DNA of 51,929 nucleotides from an uncultured Rhodospirillaceae bacterium (GTDB lineage Bacteria > Pseudomonadota > Alphaproteobacteria > CAAGCB01 > CAG-977): the NCBI GenBank assembly GCA_900553035.1, contig USCC01000003.1:1-51929 (forward strand). Direction: 5' to 3'. Numbering within the stretch: position 1 is the stretch's first letter; every line of letters starts with the position of its first letter. The translations under genes and the position numbers were made by a program. The notes under the pieces were generated by a model. It ran no database searches. It was not told the DNA's origin and worked only from the letters and a program-made list of their open reading frames with translations. Positions 1 through 8,655 of this stretch are shown here, piece by piece.

Positions 1-1
1 G

Positions 2-223
2 GCATCCCGGGCGAAACTGTCGGCTCGGCGAGCCGATCTGAAACCCGACGAAGCGCTGGTCTATGTGGCCGAGAACGGACAAGCGGTCGCGCGCAAAGTG
101 AAAAAAGGCCTGTCCAATGAAATGTACACCGAAATCCTGGACGGCCTTTCGGAAGGCGATGAAATCATCCTGGAAGACCTGACGCCGAATCCGCAGGGAT
201 CAAAACGTCGGGGGCCGCCATGA
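2..223 (+). CDS. C-terminal fragment of efflux periplasmic adaptor (HlyD/MacA-like), truncated by window edge
   Basis: Frame open from window edge to TGA 221-223. ATGA overlap with the downstream ABC ATPase start at 220. Translation ...VYVAENGQAVARKVKKGLSNEMYTEILDGLSEGDEIILED resembles adaptor C-termini. Gene order is adaptor-ATPase-permease. Confidence 0.55.
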   Translation, partial: ASRAKLSARRADLKPDEALVYVAENGQAVARKVKKGLSNEMYTEILDGLSEGDEIILEDLTPNPQGSKRRGPP

Positions 224-933
224 GCGTCATAACCGTTAAAAACGTCGGCAAGACCTATTATATGGACGGCGGGATGAAGCAGAACGTCCTTAAAGGCGTC
301 AATCTGACCGTCGAAAAGGGGGAGTTCGTTGCCATCATGGGGCCGTCGGGATCAGGGAAATCGACCTTCATGAACCTTCTGGGGTGTCTGGATCGGCCGA
401 CATCGGGCAAGTATATCCTGGGCGGCAAGGAGGTGTCGGGACTGAACGACGACGAACTGGCTCATATCCGCAACCGGATGATCGGTTTCGTTTTTCAGGG
501 GTTCAATCTGCTGATGCGTCGTGACCTGACCGACAACGTGGCATTGCCGCTGATTTACGCAAACGATATGACCAAGGAGCAACAGCGCGAACGGGCGCGT
601 GAAGTGCTGACCCTTGTCGGTCTGAAACGTTTTGCCGAACGCTACCCGAATCAGATTTCCGGCGGTATGCAACAGCGCGTCGCCATTGCCCGTGCTCTGG
701 TCAATAATCCGGAAATGGTGCTGGCGGACGAACCGACCGGAAACCTGGACAGCAAAACAAGCGATGAAATCATGCTTTTCTTTCAAAAGCTTAACCGTGA
801 ACACGGAATCACCATTGTGCTGGTGACGCATGAACCCGATGTGGCGCAGTATGCCAAACGTCTGGTACGTATTGTGGACGGGACGATTGAATACGACGGC
901 GACGTGCAGACGTATATGGAACAGCAGAAATGA
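220..933 (+). CDS. ABC transporter ATP-binding protein, MacB/LolD family
   Basis: Walker [10 protein letters not shown], signature [15 protein letters not shown], Walker [14 protein letters not shown]-loop VTHE. Stop overlaps the permease start. Confidence 0.92.
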   Translation: MSVITVKNVGKTYYMDGGMKQNVLKGVNLTVEKGEFVAIMGPSGSGKSTFMNLLGCLDRPTSGKYILGGKEVSGLNDDELAHIRNRMIGFVFQGFNLLMRRDLTDNVALPLIYANDMTKEQQRERAREVLTLVGLKRFAERYPNQISGGMQQRVAIARALVNNPEMVLADEPTGNLDSKTSDEIMLFFQKLNREHGITIVLVTHEPDVAQYAKRLVRIVDGTIEYDGDVQTYMEQQK

Positions 934-2144
934 TCAAATCGATTTTACATGAAGCGTGCCTGTCAATGACGGGAAACAAACTGAGATCGTTTCTGACGAC
1001 GCTGGGCATTATCATTGGCGTGTGCGCCGTCGTGATGATGGTGGCGGCGGGTCAGACAGTGCAGAACATCATTCAGGAACGCTTTGTTGCCATGGGCAGC
1101 AACCTGCTGATCATCCGTTCCCAACGTCCGCGCGCCACGGTAAAGACGTCGGGGCCGACCACTTCCATCACGCTGGACGACGCCCTCGCGCTCAGAAAAG
1201 TCCGCGGCATTGACGTCGTCGCACCCGTTTTAAGTACAAGCGCACAGGCGATCAACGGCTCAAACAACTGGAGCGTTTCCATTCTGGGGACGACGCCCGA
1301 TTATATGAAAACGGCGAACTGGGAATTGGCTCGCGGACGGATGCTTGACGAACAGGATATCCGTAAGGGAACCAGCAACGTCGTCATCGGCCATGAGGTG
1401 ATGACCGAATTGTTTCCCTATGACGATGCCCTGGGAAAGACGATCCGGATCGGCAATCAGCCTTTTCGTGTTGTCGGCATTCTGAAGGAAAAAGGCTCAA
1501 GCACGGGCGGAGCAAATCAGGACGCATCAGTTATGATGCCTTTACGGACGGTGCAGCAGCGTTTCAACCGGTACGCCAAGCTGAACGCCGTCAACCATAT
1601 CGCCGTCAAGTTTCAGGAAAACCAGGATTTGAATGTGGTCGAGGAACGCATCCGCCGCTTTCTGCGTGCGCGTCATAAAATCAAGGACGGCGACGATGAT
1701 GATTTCCGTATCCACAATATTGCGGAATTTGTTGAAAACATCCGCCTGATCGGGACGGTGCTGGCGATTCTTCTGGCGGCGATCGCTTCGATTTCCCTGG
1801 TCGTGGGCAGTATCGGAATCGTGAATATGATGCTGGTTTCCGTGACGGAACGAACGCGGGAAATCGGCATCCGGAAAGCGCTGGGCGCTCCGAATACGTG
1901 GATTATGCTTCAGTTTCTGTTTGAAGCCATCCTGATTTCCATGGCGGGAAGCGTGATTGGCCTGATTCTGGGCGTGGGTCTGTCACAGCTTGGGGGCTAT
2001 ATTTTTGAAACGAATGTGCCGTTCAGCCTGTGGCCTGTCCTGCTGTCCTTTACCGTTGCCATTGTGGTCGGCGTGGTGTCCGGCGTGTTCCCCGCGTACA
2101 AGGCAATGAAGCTTGACCCGATTGAAGCGCTTCGCTACCAGTAA
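930..2144 (+). CDS. ABC transporter permease, MacB/FtsX family
   Basis: 404 aa with N-terminal TM, large periplasmic domain and C-terminal FtsX-like 3-TM bundle (ERTREIGIRKALGA motif). ATGA-coupled to the ATPase gene. Confidence 0.9.
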   Translation: MIKSILHEACLSMTGNKLRSFLTTLGIIIGVCAVVMMVAAGQTVQNIIQERFVAMGSNLLIIRSQRPRATVKTSGPTTSITLDDALALRKVRGIDVVAPVLSTSAQAINGSNNWSVSILGTTPDYMKTANWELARGRMLDEQDIRKGTSNVVIGHEVMTELFPYDDALGKTIRIGNQPFRVVGILKEKGSSTGGANQDASVMMPLRTVQQRFNRYAKLNAVNHIAVKFQENQDLNVVEERIRRFLRARHKIKDGDDDDFRIHNIAEFVENIRLIGTVLAILLAAIASISLVVGSIGIVNMMLVSVTERTREIGIRKALGAPNTWIMLQFLFEAILISMAGSVIGLILGVGLSQLGGYIFETNVPFSLWPVLLSFTVAIVVGVVSGVFPAYKAMKLDPIEALRYQ

Positions 2145-2147
2145 GGA

Positions 2148-3371
2148 TTAACGGACTTCGGGAAGGCCGGGAAACGCGGAGTGCTCCGCTTCTGTCCGGG
2201 CTTCGGGGGTTCGTGCGCCGAAAAAAAGTGTCCCGGCTCCCATTTTTTCATTCAAAGCGTCAAAGGCCTGCATCAGCTTCCGGCTTTTGAGGTTTTCATC
2301 CGGCGGGATGAAAAGGTTCCCCTGCAGGCGCCCGACATTTTCAACATCGGACAGCATCACGCCCGCACGCTTGCACCTGAAACCGGGGCGCCAGACTTTT
2401 TCAAGCCCCGCGGCCAGAGCCGTCATGAAACACGCCGTGTTGTCGGTCATTTCGGACAGGGTTTGCGTATGAACGTTCTGGCAGTAAGGATAGCGCGGGT
2501 CAAAACGGCTGTTTTCAATAAAGACGGTCAGGGCGGCGGCCGCCGATTCATGTCGGCGCAGGCGGCGGCAGACGGCCTCGGTAAATTCGGCCATAACGGA
2601 TTTCAGCCTGTCAAAACCGGAGATTTCCCGCTCAAATGTCCGCGAACACACGAACGACTGCTGTCCTTCCTCGATATGTTCCCGGCAGGGGATGCCGTTC
2701 AGTTCGGTGACAATCCGATCCGTGTTGATGCCCAGATTTTTCCGGATCAGCGAATGGGGCGCTTTTTTCAGATCCAGTGCCGTGATAAATCCCAGGAAAT
2801 TAAGCCGCAGTGCCGTCCGGCGTCCGACGCCCCACAGATCCGCGACATTCCGTACGGCCAAAGCCGCGTCAATCCGTGCTTCGTCCGAAAGGATTTCGAT
2901 TTTATTCCCTTCTTTTTTCTTGGCGATATCGGCGGCGGCTTTGCAAAGCGTTTTTGTCGGAGCCGCACCGACGGAAACGGGAAGGCCGGTTCGTGTTCCG
3001 AGCAGTTCCCGGATGAAGGGGGCTTCCCTTTCCGGCCGCGCGCCCTCCGGAAGGCGGACAAAAGCTTCATCAATGGAATAAACCTCTGTGTGGTCATAGA
3101 ACATTTTCAAAAGCCCCATGATGCGCCGCGACATATCGCCGTACAGACCGTGGCGGCTCGAAAGGGCGACGCCGCCGCGAGCCGTAAAGGTATCTCTGAC
3201 CTTGAAGTACGGGCATCCCATCGGTATCCCGAGCGCTTTGGCTTCGTTTGACCGGGAAATGACGCATCCGTCATTGTTCGACAGGACGACAACAGGCCGC
3301 CGCTTCAGTTCCGGTCGGAAAACTCTTTCGCAGGAAACAAAAAAATTATCACAGTCGAGCAGCATGAACAT
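2148..3371 (-). CDS. umuC: Y-family translesion DNA polymerase, UmuC-like
   Basis: N-terminus MFMLLDCDNFFVSCERVFRPELKRRPVVVLSNNDGCVISRSNEAKALGIPMG aligns closely with E. coli UmuC. I place the start at ATG 3371, 1 nt after the umuD-like stop, rather than the longer track start 3404. Confidence 0.85.
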   Translation of the reverse strand: MFMLLDCDNFFVSCERVFRPELKRRPVVVLSNNDGCVISRSNEAKALGIPMGCPYFKVRDTFTARGGVALSSRHGLYGDMSRRIMGLLKMFYDHTEVYSIDEAFVRLPEGARPEREAPFIRELLGTRTGLPVSVGAAPTKTLCKAAADIAKKKEGNKIEILSDEARIDAALAVRNVADLWGVGRRTALRLNFLGFITALDLKKAPHSLIRKNLGINTDRIVTELNGIPCREHIEEGQQSFVCSRTFEREISGFDRLKSVMAEFTEAVCRRLRRHESAAAALTVFIENSRFDPRYPYCQNVHTQTLSEMTDNTACFMTALAAGLEKVWRPGFRCKRAGVMLSDVENVGRLQGNLFIPPDENLKSRKLMQAFDALNEKMGAGTLFFGARTPEARTEAEHSAFPGLPEVR

Positions 3372-3372
3372 G

Positions 3373-3720
3373 TCAGTACTTTCGGACAACGGCCGAGACA
3401 ACACCCCACAGGAGGGTTTCCCCGTCCACGGGAACGGTTTCGGAACGCCCGGGACGGCAGGTTTTCAGGACGGCTTTTTCTGCGGTGCGCCGGAAGAGGC
3501 GCACAAGCAGGCCGCCGTCCCGTTCGGCAACGACGATCTGGCCGTCCGCGGGCGGACGGGAACGATCAACCGCCAGAATATCGCCCGGCCGGATACCGGC
3601 GTCAATCATCGCGTCGCCGGCCATTTTCAAGAAATAAGTCGACAGAGGATGCGGGTTTAAAAATGAATTCAGGTCCATACCCTGTGTTGTCCGATTTTCA
3701 TACTGTCCTGAAAACGGCAT
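3373..3720 (-). CDS. umuD: UmuD-like S24-fold protein, apparently catalytically inactive and UmuD'-length
   Basis: 115 aa aligns with UmuD from about residue 25 onward (DLNSFL..HPLSTYFLKMAGDAMIDAGI..GDILAVD). GDSM is GDAM and the catalytic Lys position is Arg (LLVRLF). GGAGG RBS upstream. Confidence 0.75.
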   Translation of the reverse strand: MPFSGQYENRTTQGMDLNSFLNPHPLSTYFLKMAGDAMIDAGIRPGDILAVDRSRPPADGQIVVAERDGGLLVRLFRRTAEKAVLKTCRPGRSETVPVDGETLLWGVVSAVVRKY

Positions 3721-3736
3721 ATTGAGCCTCCGATAT

Positions 3737-3751
3737 GTTCTTATTTTGTTC
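3737..3751 (-). promoter_or_regulatory. Candidate SOS (LexA) box of direct-repeat type GTTC-N7-GTTC upstream of umuD-like gene
   Basis: gttc ttatttt gttc on the + strand, i.e. GAAC-N7-GAAC reading with the gene. Overlaps a possible -10 (TAGAAC) that follows TTGCAA by 17 nt on the minus strand. Confidence 0.3.
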
Positions 3752-3967
3752 TAGCATTTCCGGCGCCTTTTTGCAACGGAAAACATGCGGTTCCGTCCGG
3801 CTTGACGGACGGGGCGGATTCCGCTTATCCTTCACAGGTTATCTTTTTCAGGACAGGTGACTGTCCGGAGCTTGTTACGCAGGCCGGCGGATGGTTCGCC
3901 GGCTTTTCTTTTTTCGGCGGTGCGAATCCAAAAACAGAAAATAAGGAAGAAGGCATTGACTGAAAAA

Positions 3968-4657
3968 ATGAGCGCGGATTTTATCAAAGCCAACATGATG
4001 GGGCCGAACGCCGTAAAACTGCTGGAAGAAGCAGCGGCCTCCCTGCCGTTCAAGCCGGGTTCCCGCGTGCTGGATCTGGGATGCGGAAAGGGGCTGACTT
4101 CGATTTACCTGGCATCAACTTTCAGCGTTCGGGTGTTTGCGATGGATCTGTGGATTCCCGCGGCGGAGAACTTCCGGCGTTTCCGGGATTTCGGTCTGGA
4201 TGACGCGATTGTTCCCATTCATGCCGACATTGCGCAGCCGCCCTTTGCCGAGGGTTATTTCGATACGGTCGTCAGTGTGGATGCCTATCACTATTTCGGG
4301 CGTGATCCGGCTTTTATGGATGCACGTCTGGCGCCTCTGGTAAAACAGGACGGTATGATGCTTCTGGTGTTTCCGGGACTGAAAAGGGAGGTCGGGCGTG
4401 ACATTCCGCCGGAAATGCTTCTGTCGTGGCGTCCGGAAGACATTGATACGATGCACAGTCCGTCATGGTGGAGCGCTCTTCTGGCACAGGCCGTGTCTAT
4501 TGATGTCGTGTCGATTAAGGAAGCCGCTTGTTCCGAAGAGGCCTGGGAAGACTGGCTGGCGTGTGATAATCCGTATGCCGTGGGCGATCGGCGGGCGATG
4601 TGCGCCGGAGCCGGGAAGCATATGAACTTCATTTCGGTTCTGTGCCGGAAGAGGTAA
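3968..4657 (+). CDS. Class I SAM-dependent methyltransferase
   Basis: Motif I VLDLGCGKGLTSIYLA and post-I acidic FAMDL. Start placed at ATG 3968 (MSADFIK) rather than the upstream GTG 3857 of the track. Confidence 0.75.
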   Translation: MSADFIKANMMGPNAVKLLEEAAASLPFKPGSRVLDLGCGKGLTSIYLASTFSVRVFAMDLWIPAAENFRRFRDFGLDDAIVPIHADIAQPPFAEGYFDTVVSVDAYHYFGRDPAFMDARLAPLVKQDGMMLLVFPGLKREVGRDIPPEMLLSWRPEDIDTMHSPSWWSALLAQAVSIDVVSIKEAACSEEAWEDWLACDNPYAVGDRRAMCAGAGKHMNFISVLCRKR

Positions 4658-4779
4658 GCCTGCGGAAAACACCGAGCCGGAAACAGGCCGGCGTTTTTCC
4701 GTTCCCGCGCCGATACAGCCTTTCCTTTTTCTTTGAAAGAAAAAGAGGTAGAATAATCTGAATAAGGAAGGAGAACGGC

Positions 4780-5988
4780 ATGCCGGAACGGAAAGGGAAA
4801 ACATCGGAGTTTACGGCGGAAACGTATGCCCGCGCCGTTGTTTCCGAAGCCGGAAACTGGGAAAAGAAATGCCGGGAAATCGCCGGACGTGTTTCCGGGA
4901 ACGAACAGGCGTCGGGTATGCTCTGCACAGCGCTTGACCCGGTATACAAGGCATACTGCGCCATCCTGAAAAGCGGCCGGAAAACAGATATGAAAAAGGT
5001 GCGCGCCCAGATTTCCGCCGTTCTTAAAAAAGACGAAAAGTTGCGTACAAACCCCCTTATCGCAGGGGTTCGGCGGCGGATGCGCCGTTCCGGGAAAAGC
5101 CTTTCGGGGGCGTTGGCAAGGATGATGGAACGGTATGCGGGCAAAACCATCCATAACGGCTTTATCCATGCCCGCAACCGATCCGGCCGTCCGGTCGTCC
5201 GAAGGGCTCTTCCGCATGAAGAGGACTGGAATTCCTATCTGAAACACGGCTTGACCGGCCTTGCGCGGCGTGAGGCCTTTTCCGAAAGGGCGTGGGAGGA
5301 TTTTGTTCTTCCTTTTGATCCCGAAGCTGATAAAGCCGGAACCGTCGGTTACGGAGCGTATGCCCTGATGGCGGTTTTGCAGCGGGAAACAAAGGGAATG
5401 CGGCCGTTCGACAGGCTGTTTGAGGAAAAACACCGGCGCACCCTTGGGAATCCGGATCTGCTGTTTGCGACGATTGAAAATATCGATTCCCGATACGCTG
5501 AACGAATTGACAAGGCCGCCCGCTATGTTCCCGAAAAGGGCGATCTGATCATCGTCCAGCATAAAAGGAACCGGTTTCACGCGTTCATGTATGTCGAAAC
5601 AAAAAACGGCGTTGACCTTTATGCCGGTTTCGAGCCGGAAATGGCCGGCCGGCCTCTGCCCGTGCCTCTGAAAAACCGCCGTGGGTTCCGCGTCGTACGG
5701 ACGGCTCGTTTCCTGCGCGACCTGCAGAACGGAAAAATCAGGGAAATACGCGCGCTGGAAGAAAGCGAGCGTCGGAGGCGGCAGGAAAAACAGGCGCAGG
5801 GAAATGTCGAGGAGTTGATTCGTAAGGAGCAGACCCGGAAGGATCTGAACGAACGCCGCATCCGCCAGAATTTTTCCAACCGCAAAAACCGGCGCGCCGT
5901 GGCGAAAGCTGCGGAAAAGTCAAAGAAAACGCTGACCGAAAAGGACATTCGGCGCATGAAAATCAAGATTGCCGCAAAAAGCCGCTAG
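4780..5988 (+). CDS. Hypothetical protein with Lys/Arg-rich C-terminal tail
   Basis: Strong RBS aggaaggag 6-8 nt before ATG 4780. Protein-like composition, unlike the overlapping antisense 429-aa ORF. No family recognised. Confidence 0.55.
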   Translation: MPERKGKTSEFTAETYARAVVSEAGNWEKKCREIAGRVSGNEQASGMLCTALDPVYKAYCAILKSGRKTDMKKVRAQISAVLKKDEKLRTNPLIAGVRRRMRRSGKSLSGALARMMERYAGKTIHNGFIHARNRSGRPVVRRALPHEEDWNSYLKHGLTGLARREAFSERAWEDFVLPFDPEADKAGTVGYGAYALMAVLQRETKGMRPFDRLFEEKHRRTLGNPDLLFATIENIDSRYAERIDKAARYVPEKGDLIIVQHKRNRFHAFMYVETKNGVDLYAGFEPEMAGRPLPVPLKNRRGFRVVRTARFLRDLQNGKIREIRALEESERRRRQEKQAQGNVEELIRKEQTRKDLNERRIRQNFSNRKNRRAVAKAAEKSKKTLTEKDIRRMKIKIAAKSR

Positions 5989-6039
5989 GGATGTGCCGCT
6001 ACGTCGGGCGCCGGCCTCTGTATGAGGACGCGCGGAAAT

Positions 6040-6696
6040 TCATTCAACCCGGATGCCCATAAGCCGCACCAGATCGGCGGCCTGGAACATATTCAGCGTC
6101 GCGCCTCTTAATTCCTGAAAGTCTTTTGAAAGCGTGATCTGTTCTATGTCGGAATTCCGGAAATCAATGCCGCCGAGCGGTGTTTTGAAAAAATTGCTTT
6201 CATTGAAAACAGCCCGGTTCAAAGACAGCCTTCTGATTCGGCATTCGCCCAGTTCCGACGAAACAATGCGCGAGGATTCCAGTGAAACGTTTTCAAAACG
6301 GCTTTCATTGAAATTCGCGTACTGAAAGGATGTTTCCCGCAAAGCGCTTTCCCGGATGAAGCTTCCGACAAAACCGCATCCCGTGAATTTGCATTCCTCC
6401 ATGAGGCAGTTCCTGAAAAAGGCGCTTTCAAAAATGCAGTTGATAAAGCGGCAGTTCTGAAAAGCGGTATCAATGAAAGAGGCTTTTGAAAAACGGCATT
6501 CCCTGAATCGGCACCGCGTGAAGGAGGTATGGATGAAATCAATACGGGAGGCGTCTTCGTCTTCGGCATCAATGCAGAGAAAGCTTTTAGCGCGTATTTC
6601 GTCTGTTTTGCCGCGGACTTCATGCAGGAGAGAGCCGAATCCTTCGCGGATTTCCTCTCTTTGCGGCGGAAAGATGATTGTTTTGAATTCGGCCAT
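6040..6696 (-). CDS. Pentapeptide-repeat protein, Qnr/MfpA-like size and architecture
   Basis: 218 aa almost entirely A(D/N)LXX-type pentapeptides (CRFRECRFSKASFIDTAFQNCRFINCIFESAFFRNC...). The C-terminal tail LRGATLNMFQAADLVRLMGIRVE resembles the dimerisation tail of Gram-positive Qnr-like proteins. Confidence 0.8.
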   Translation of the reverse strand: MAEFKTIIFPPQREEIREGFGSLLHEVRGKTDEIRAKSFLCIDAEDEDASRIDFIHTSFTRCRFRECRFSKASFIDTAFQNCRFINCIFESAFFRNCLMEECKFTGCGFVGSFIRESALRETSFQYANFNESRFENVSLESSRIVSSELGECRIRRLSLNRAVFNESNFFKTPLGGIDFRNSDIEQITLSKDFQELRGATLNMFQAADLVRLMGIRVE

Positions 6697-6774
6697 TTTC
6701 TTCTCCTTTTTCCTAAGGATACGGCAAACGGGCAGGACCTCAAAACATGAAAACGCATGAAAGGAAAAAAAGAC

Positions 6775-6805
6775 TTGATTTAGAGTTAACTTTATGGCGT
6801 AGGGT
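6775..6805 (+). promoter_or_regulatory. MerR-style promoter (19-nt spacer) with palindromic operator, upstream of MBL hydrolase
   Basis: TTGATT(6775-6780)-19 nt-TAGGGT(6800-6805). The spacer starts with TAGAGTTAACTTTA, a near copy of the palindrome at 7936-7949. Confidence 0.5.
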
Positions 6806-6836
6806 TTAACCGTCCGTCTGATTCAAAAGGAAAGCC

Positions 6837-7919
6837 ATGACGAAAATGATTTTATATCCGGCCGTTGTTTTGCTGCTTCTGCTTGCCGTGCTGACTCTGT
6901 ACGCGCTCAGGGAAATGGGAGCGTCTCCTTCCGCAGAAGAATCGGCGGCGTTTGAAAAGTTGCCGTATTTCAGAAACGGTCAGTTCCGGAATCCCGAACC
7001 GCTTCCCGCGCCGATGAGCGGCGAATATGAAGACCGGGTAAATCTGGCAAGACTTCTTCTGGCCTCTCCTCATGGCCCCCAAAAGCCGCTGCCGCAGGTC
7101 AGGCTTGACCGTTCGTCGTTTCCGGAGGTTCCCGAAGACGGCGCCGTTTACTGGCTGGGGCACGCTTCCGCGATTCTGGAGCTGAACGGCCGGCGTATTG
7201 CCGTTGATCCGGTGTTCGGCAATGCTTCCCCGATTCCCTTTACGGTCAGAAGGTATCAGGCGCCTCCTCTGGATCAAAAGGAAATGCCGGAGCCGGATTA
7301 CGTTCTTCTGACGCATAATCATTACGACCATCTGGAACGCCGGACGGTGCGCGCCTTTAAAAAAGCGCATTTCATTGTGCCGTACGGCCTGAAATCGGCT
7401 TTGCGAGGCTGGGGAATTGAAGAGGCGCGCATCACGGAAATCGGATGGAACGAAAGTTTCGAGCAGGACGGAATCCGGTTTACGGCCGTTGAGGGGATTC
7501 ATTTTTCCGGACGAAGCCTGAGCGACGGCAACAGGACGCTGTGGAATTCGTATGTTATCCGGACGCCGCGGCATAATATTTTCTGGGGCGGTGACAGCGG
7601 TTACGGAAAGCATTATGCCGAAATCGGCCGGACGCTGGGGCCTTTTGACTGGGCGGCTCTGGAAACGGACGCATGGAACGGCGGCTGGCCCGGTATCCAT
7701 ATGTTTCCCGGCCAGACCGTGCAGGCCGCCCTTGATTTGCGGGCAAAGCGCGTCCTGCCGATTCACTGGGGTGTTTATGACCTGGGGGGACATCCGTGGC
7801 AGAAATCCATCAACCGGATTGTGGAAAACGCCGAAGGAAAGCCTTTTGAACTGATGACGCCGATGATGGGAGAAAAGCTGATTCCCGGTGAAACCGAAAC
7901 AACCTTCTGGTGGCGCTGA
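6837..7919 (+). CDS. MBL-fold metallo-hydrolase with N-terminal TM/signal anchor (NAPE-PLD-like)
   Basis: HxHxDH motif LLTHNHYDHL. Hydrophobic N-terminus MTKMILYPAVVLLLLLAVLTLYAL. 360 aa. Confidence 0.85.
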   Translation: MTKMILYPAVVLLLLLAVLTLYALREMGASPSAEESAAFEKLPYFRNGQFRNPEPLPAPMSGEYEDRVNLARLLLASPHGPQKPLPQVRLDRSSFPEVPEDGAVYWLGHASAILELNGRRIAVDPVFGNASPIPFTVRRYQAPPLDQKEMPEPDYVLLTHNHYDHLERRTVRAFKKAHFIVPYGLKSALRGWGIEEARITEIGWNESFEQDGIRFTAVEGIHFSGRSLSDGNRTLWNSYVIRTPRHNIFWGGDSGYGKHYAEIGRTLGPFDWAALETDAWNGGWPGIHMFPGQTVQAALDLRAKRVLPIHWGVYDLGGHPWQKSINRIVENAEGKPFELMTPMMGEKLIPGETETTFWWR

Positions 7920-7929
7920 AAAAAATGTA

Positions 7930-7960
7930 TTGACTTAGAGTTAACTCTAAATATTAAGCT
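7930..7960 (+). promoter_or_regulatory. MerR-style promoter (19-nt spacer) with perfect palindrome TAGAGTTAACTCTA
   Basis: TTGACT(7930-7935)-19 nt-TAAGCT(7955-7960). The 14-bp perfect palindrome at 7936-7949 lies inside the spacer. ATG 7990 is 29 nt downstream. Confidence 0.55.
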
Positions 7961-7989
7961 TGTATCATCATTTCGTTTCAGGAGGAAAA

Positions 7990-8631
7990 ATGAACAGGCG
8001 TCATTTTATCAAGGCGGTTTTAACGGTAGCGGCTGTCGCCGCTTTTCCGAAAGGGGTTTTGCCGGATGTGCCGCCGGGATCCGGGAGAAAAAAAATGAAA
8101 ATTACGGTTTTAACCGGAAGCCCCCATGAAAAGGGGACTTCCGCACTTCTTGCCGACGAGTTCATACGGGGAGCGACGGAAGCCGGGCATGAGGTCTTTC
8201 GCTTCAACGCGGCTTTTGAAGACGTCCATCCCTGTATCGGGTGCGACCGCTGTGGGCTTGGGGCGCGCAAATGCGTTTTTAACGACGCAATGGACAGGCT
8301 GAATCCTCATCTGCTGGAGGCCGATGTCCTGGTTTTTGTCACGCCTTTGTATTATTTCGGCATGTCGGCTCAGCTGAAGACCGTCATTGACCGGTTTTAT
8401 GCGAATAACTACAGGATCATGGAAGGCGGCCGGAAATCCATCCTTATGGCAACAGCCTGGAACAATGACGACTGGACCATGACCGACCTGACACATCATT
8501 ACCGGACTCTGGTTCGGTACCTGAAAATGCAGGATGTCGGCATGGTTCTGGCCAAAGGGTGCGGCCGCCGCAGCGATATTGAAAATTCAGATTATCCCCA
8601 ACAGGCTTACAGGCTCGGGAAATCTCTTTAA
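7990..8631 (+). CDS. Iron-sulfur flavoprotein (Isf/flavodoxin-like) with possible Tat signal
   Basis: AGGAGG RBS before ATG 7990. N-terminus MNRRHFIKAVLTVAAVAAFP fits the twin-arginine pattern. Flavodoxin-like core MKITVLTGSPHEKGTS. Compact Cys motif CIGCDRCGLGARKC (CX2CX2CX6C). Confidence 0.75.
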   Translation: MNRRHFIKAVLTVAAVAAFPKGVLPDVPPGSGRKKMKITVLTGSPHEKGTSALLADEFIRGATEAGHEVFRFNAAFEDVHPCIGCDRCGLGARKCVFNDAMDRLNPHLLEADVLVFVTPLYYFGMSAQLKTVIDRFYANNYRIMEGGRKSILMATAWNNDDWTMTDLTHHYRTLVRYLKMQDVGMVLAKGCGRRSDIENSDYPQQAYRLGKSL

Positions 8632-8655
8632 AAATCGGCAGAGGAGGAGGACAGG

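Noticed and set aside
2181-3251. 356-aa + strand ORF inside the UmuC-like gene (plus nested ORFs 2287-3097)
   Set aside because: It is the shadow of the clearly homologous minus-strand UmuC gene, and its translation is Arg/Gly/Phe-rich with no recognisable family.
3721-3760. Cheo-box (GAAC-N4-GTTC) or E. coli-type SOS box upstream of umuD
   Set aside because: Only a half-match (GAACATATCG) is present. The GTTC-N7-GTTC direct repeat is the better-supported reading and is reported separately with low confidence.
4291-5580. 429-aa ORF on the minus strand overlapping the methyltransferase 3' end and the 4780-5988 gene
   Set aside because: It has an Arg/Pro/Gly/Phe-rich low-complexity translation typical of an antisense shadow in GC-rich coding DNA. 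It has no RBS, and the + strand genes have a SAM motif and a strong RBS.
6852-7793. 313-aa minus-strand ORF opposite the MBL hydrolase
   Set aside because: It is an antisense shadow, and the + strand carries the HxHxDH motif.
7960-7989. TTG start at 7960 for the first flavoprotein gene
   Set aside because: It would begin inside the predicted -10 of the promoter and lacks an RBS. ATG 7990 has a perfect AGGAGG.
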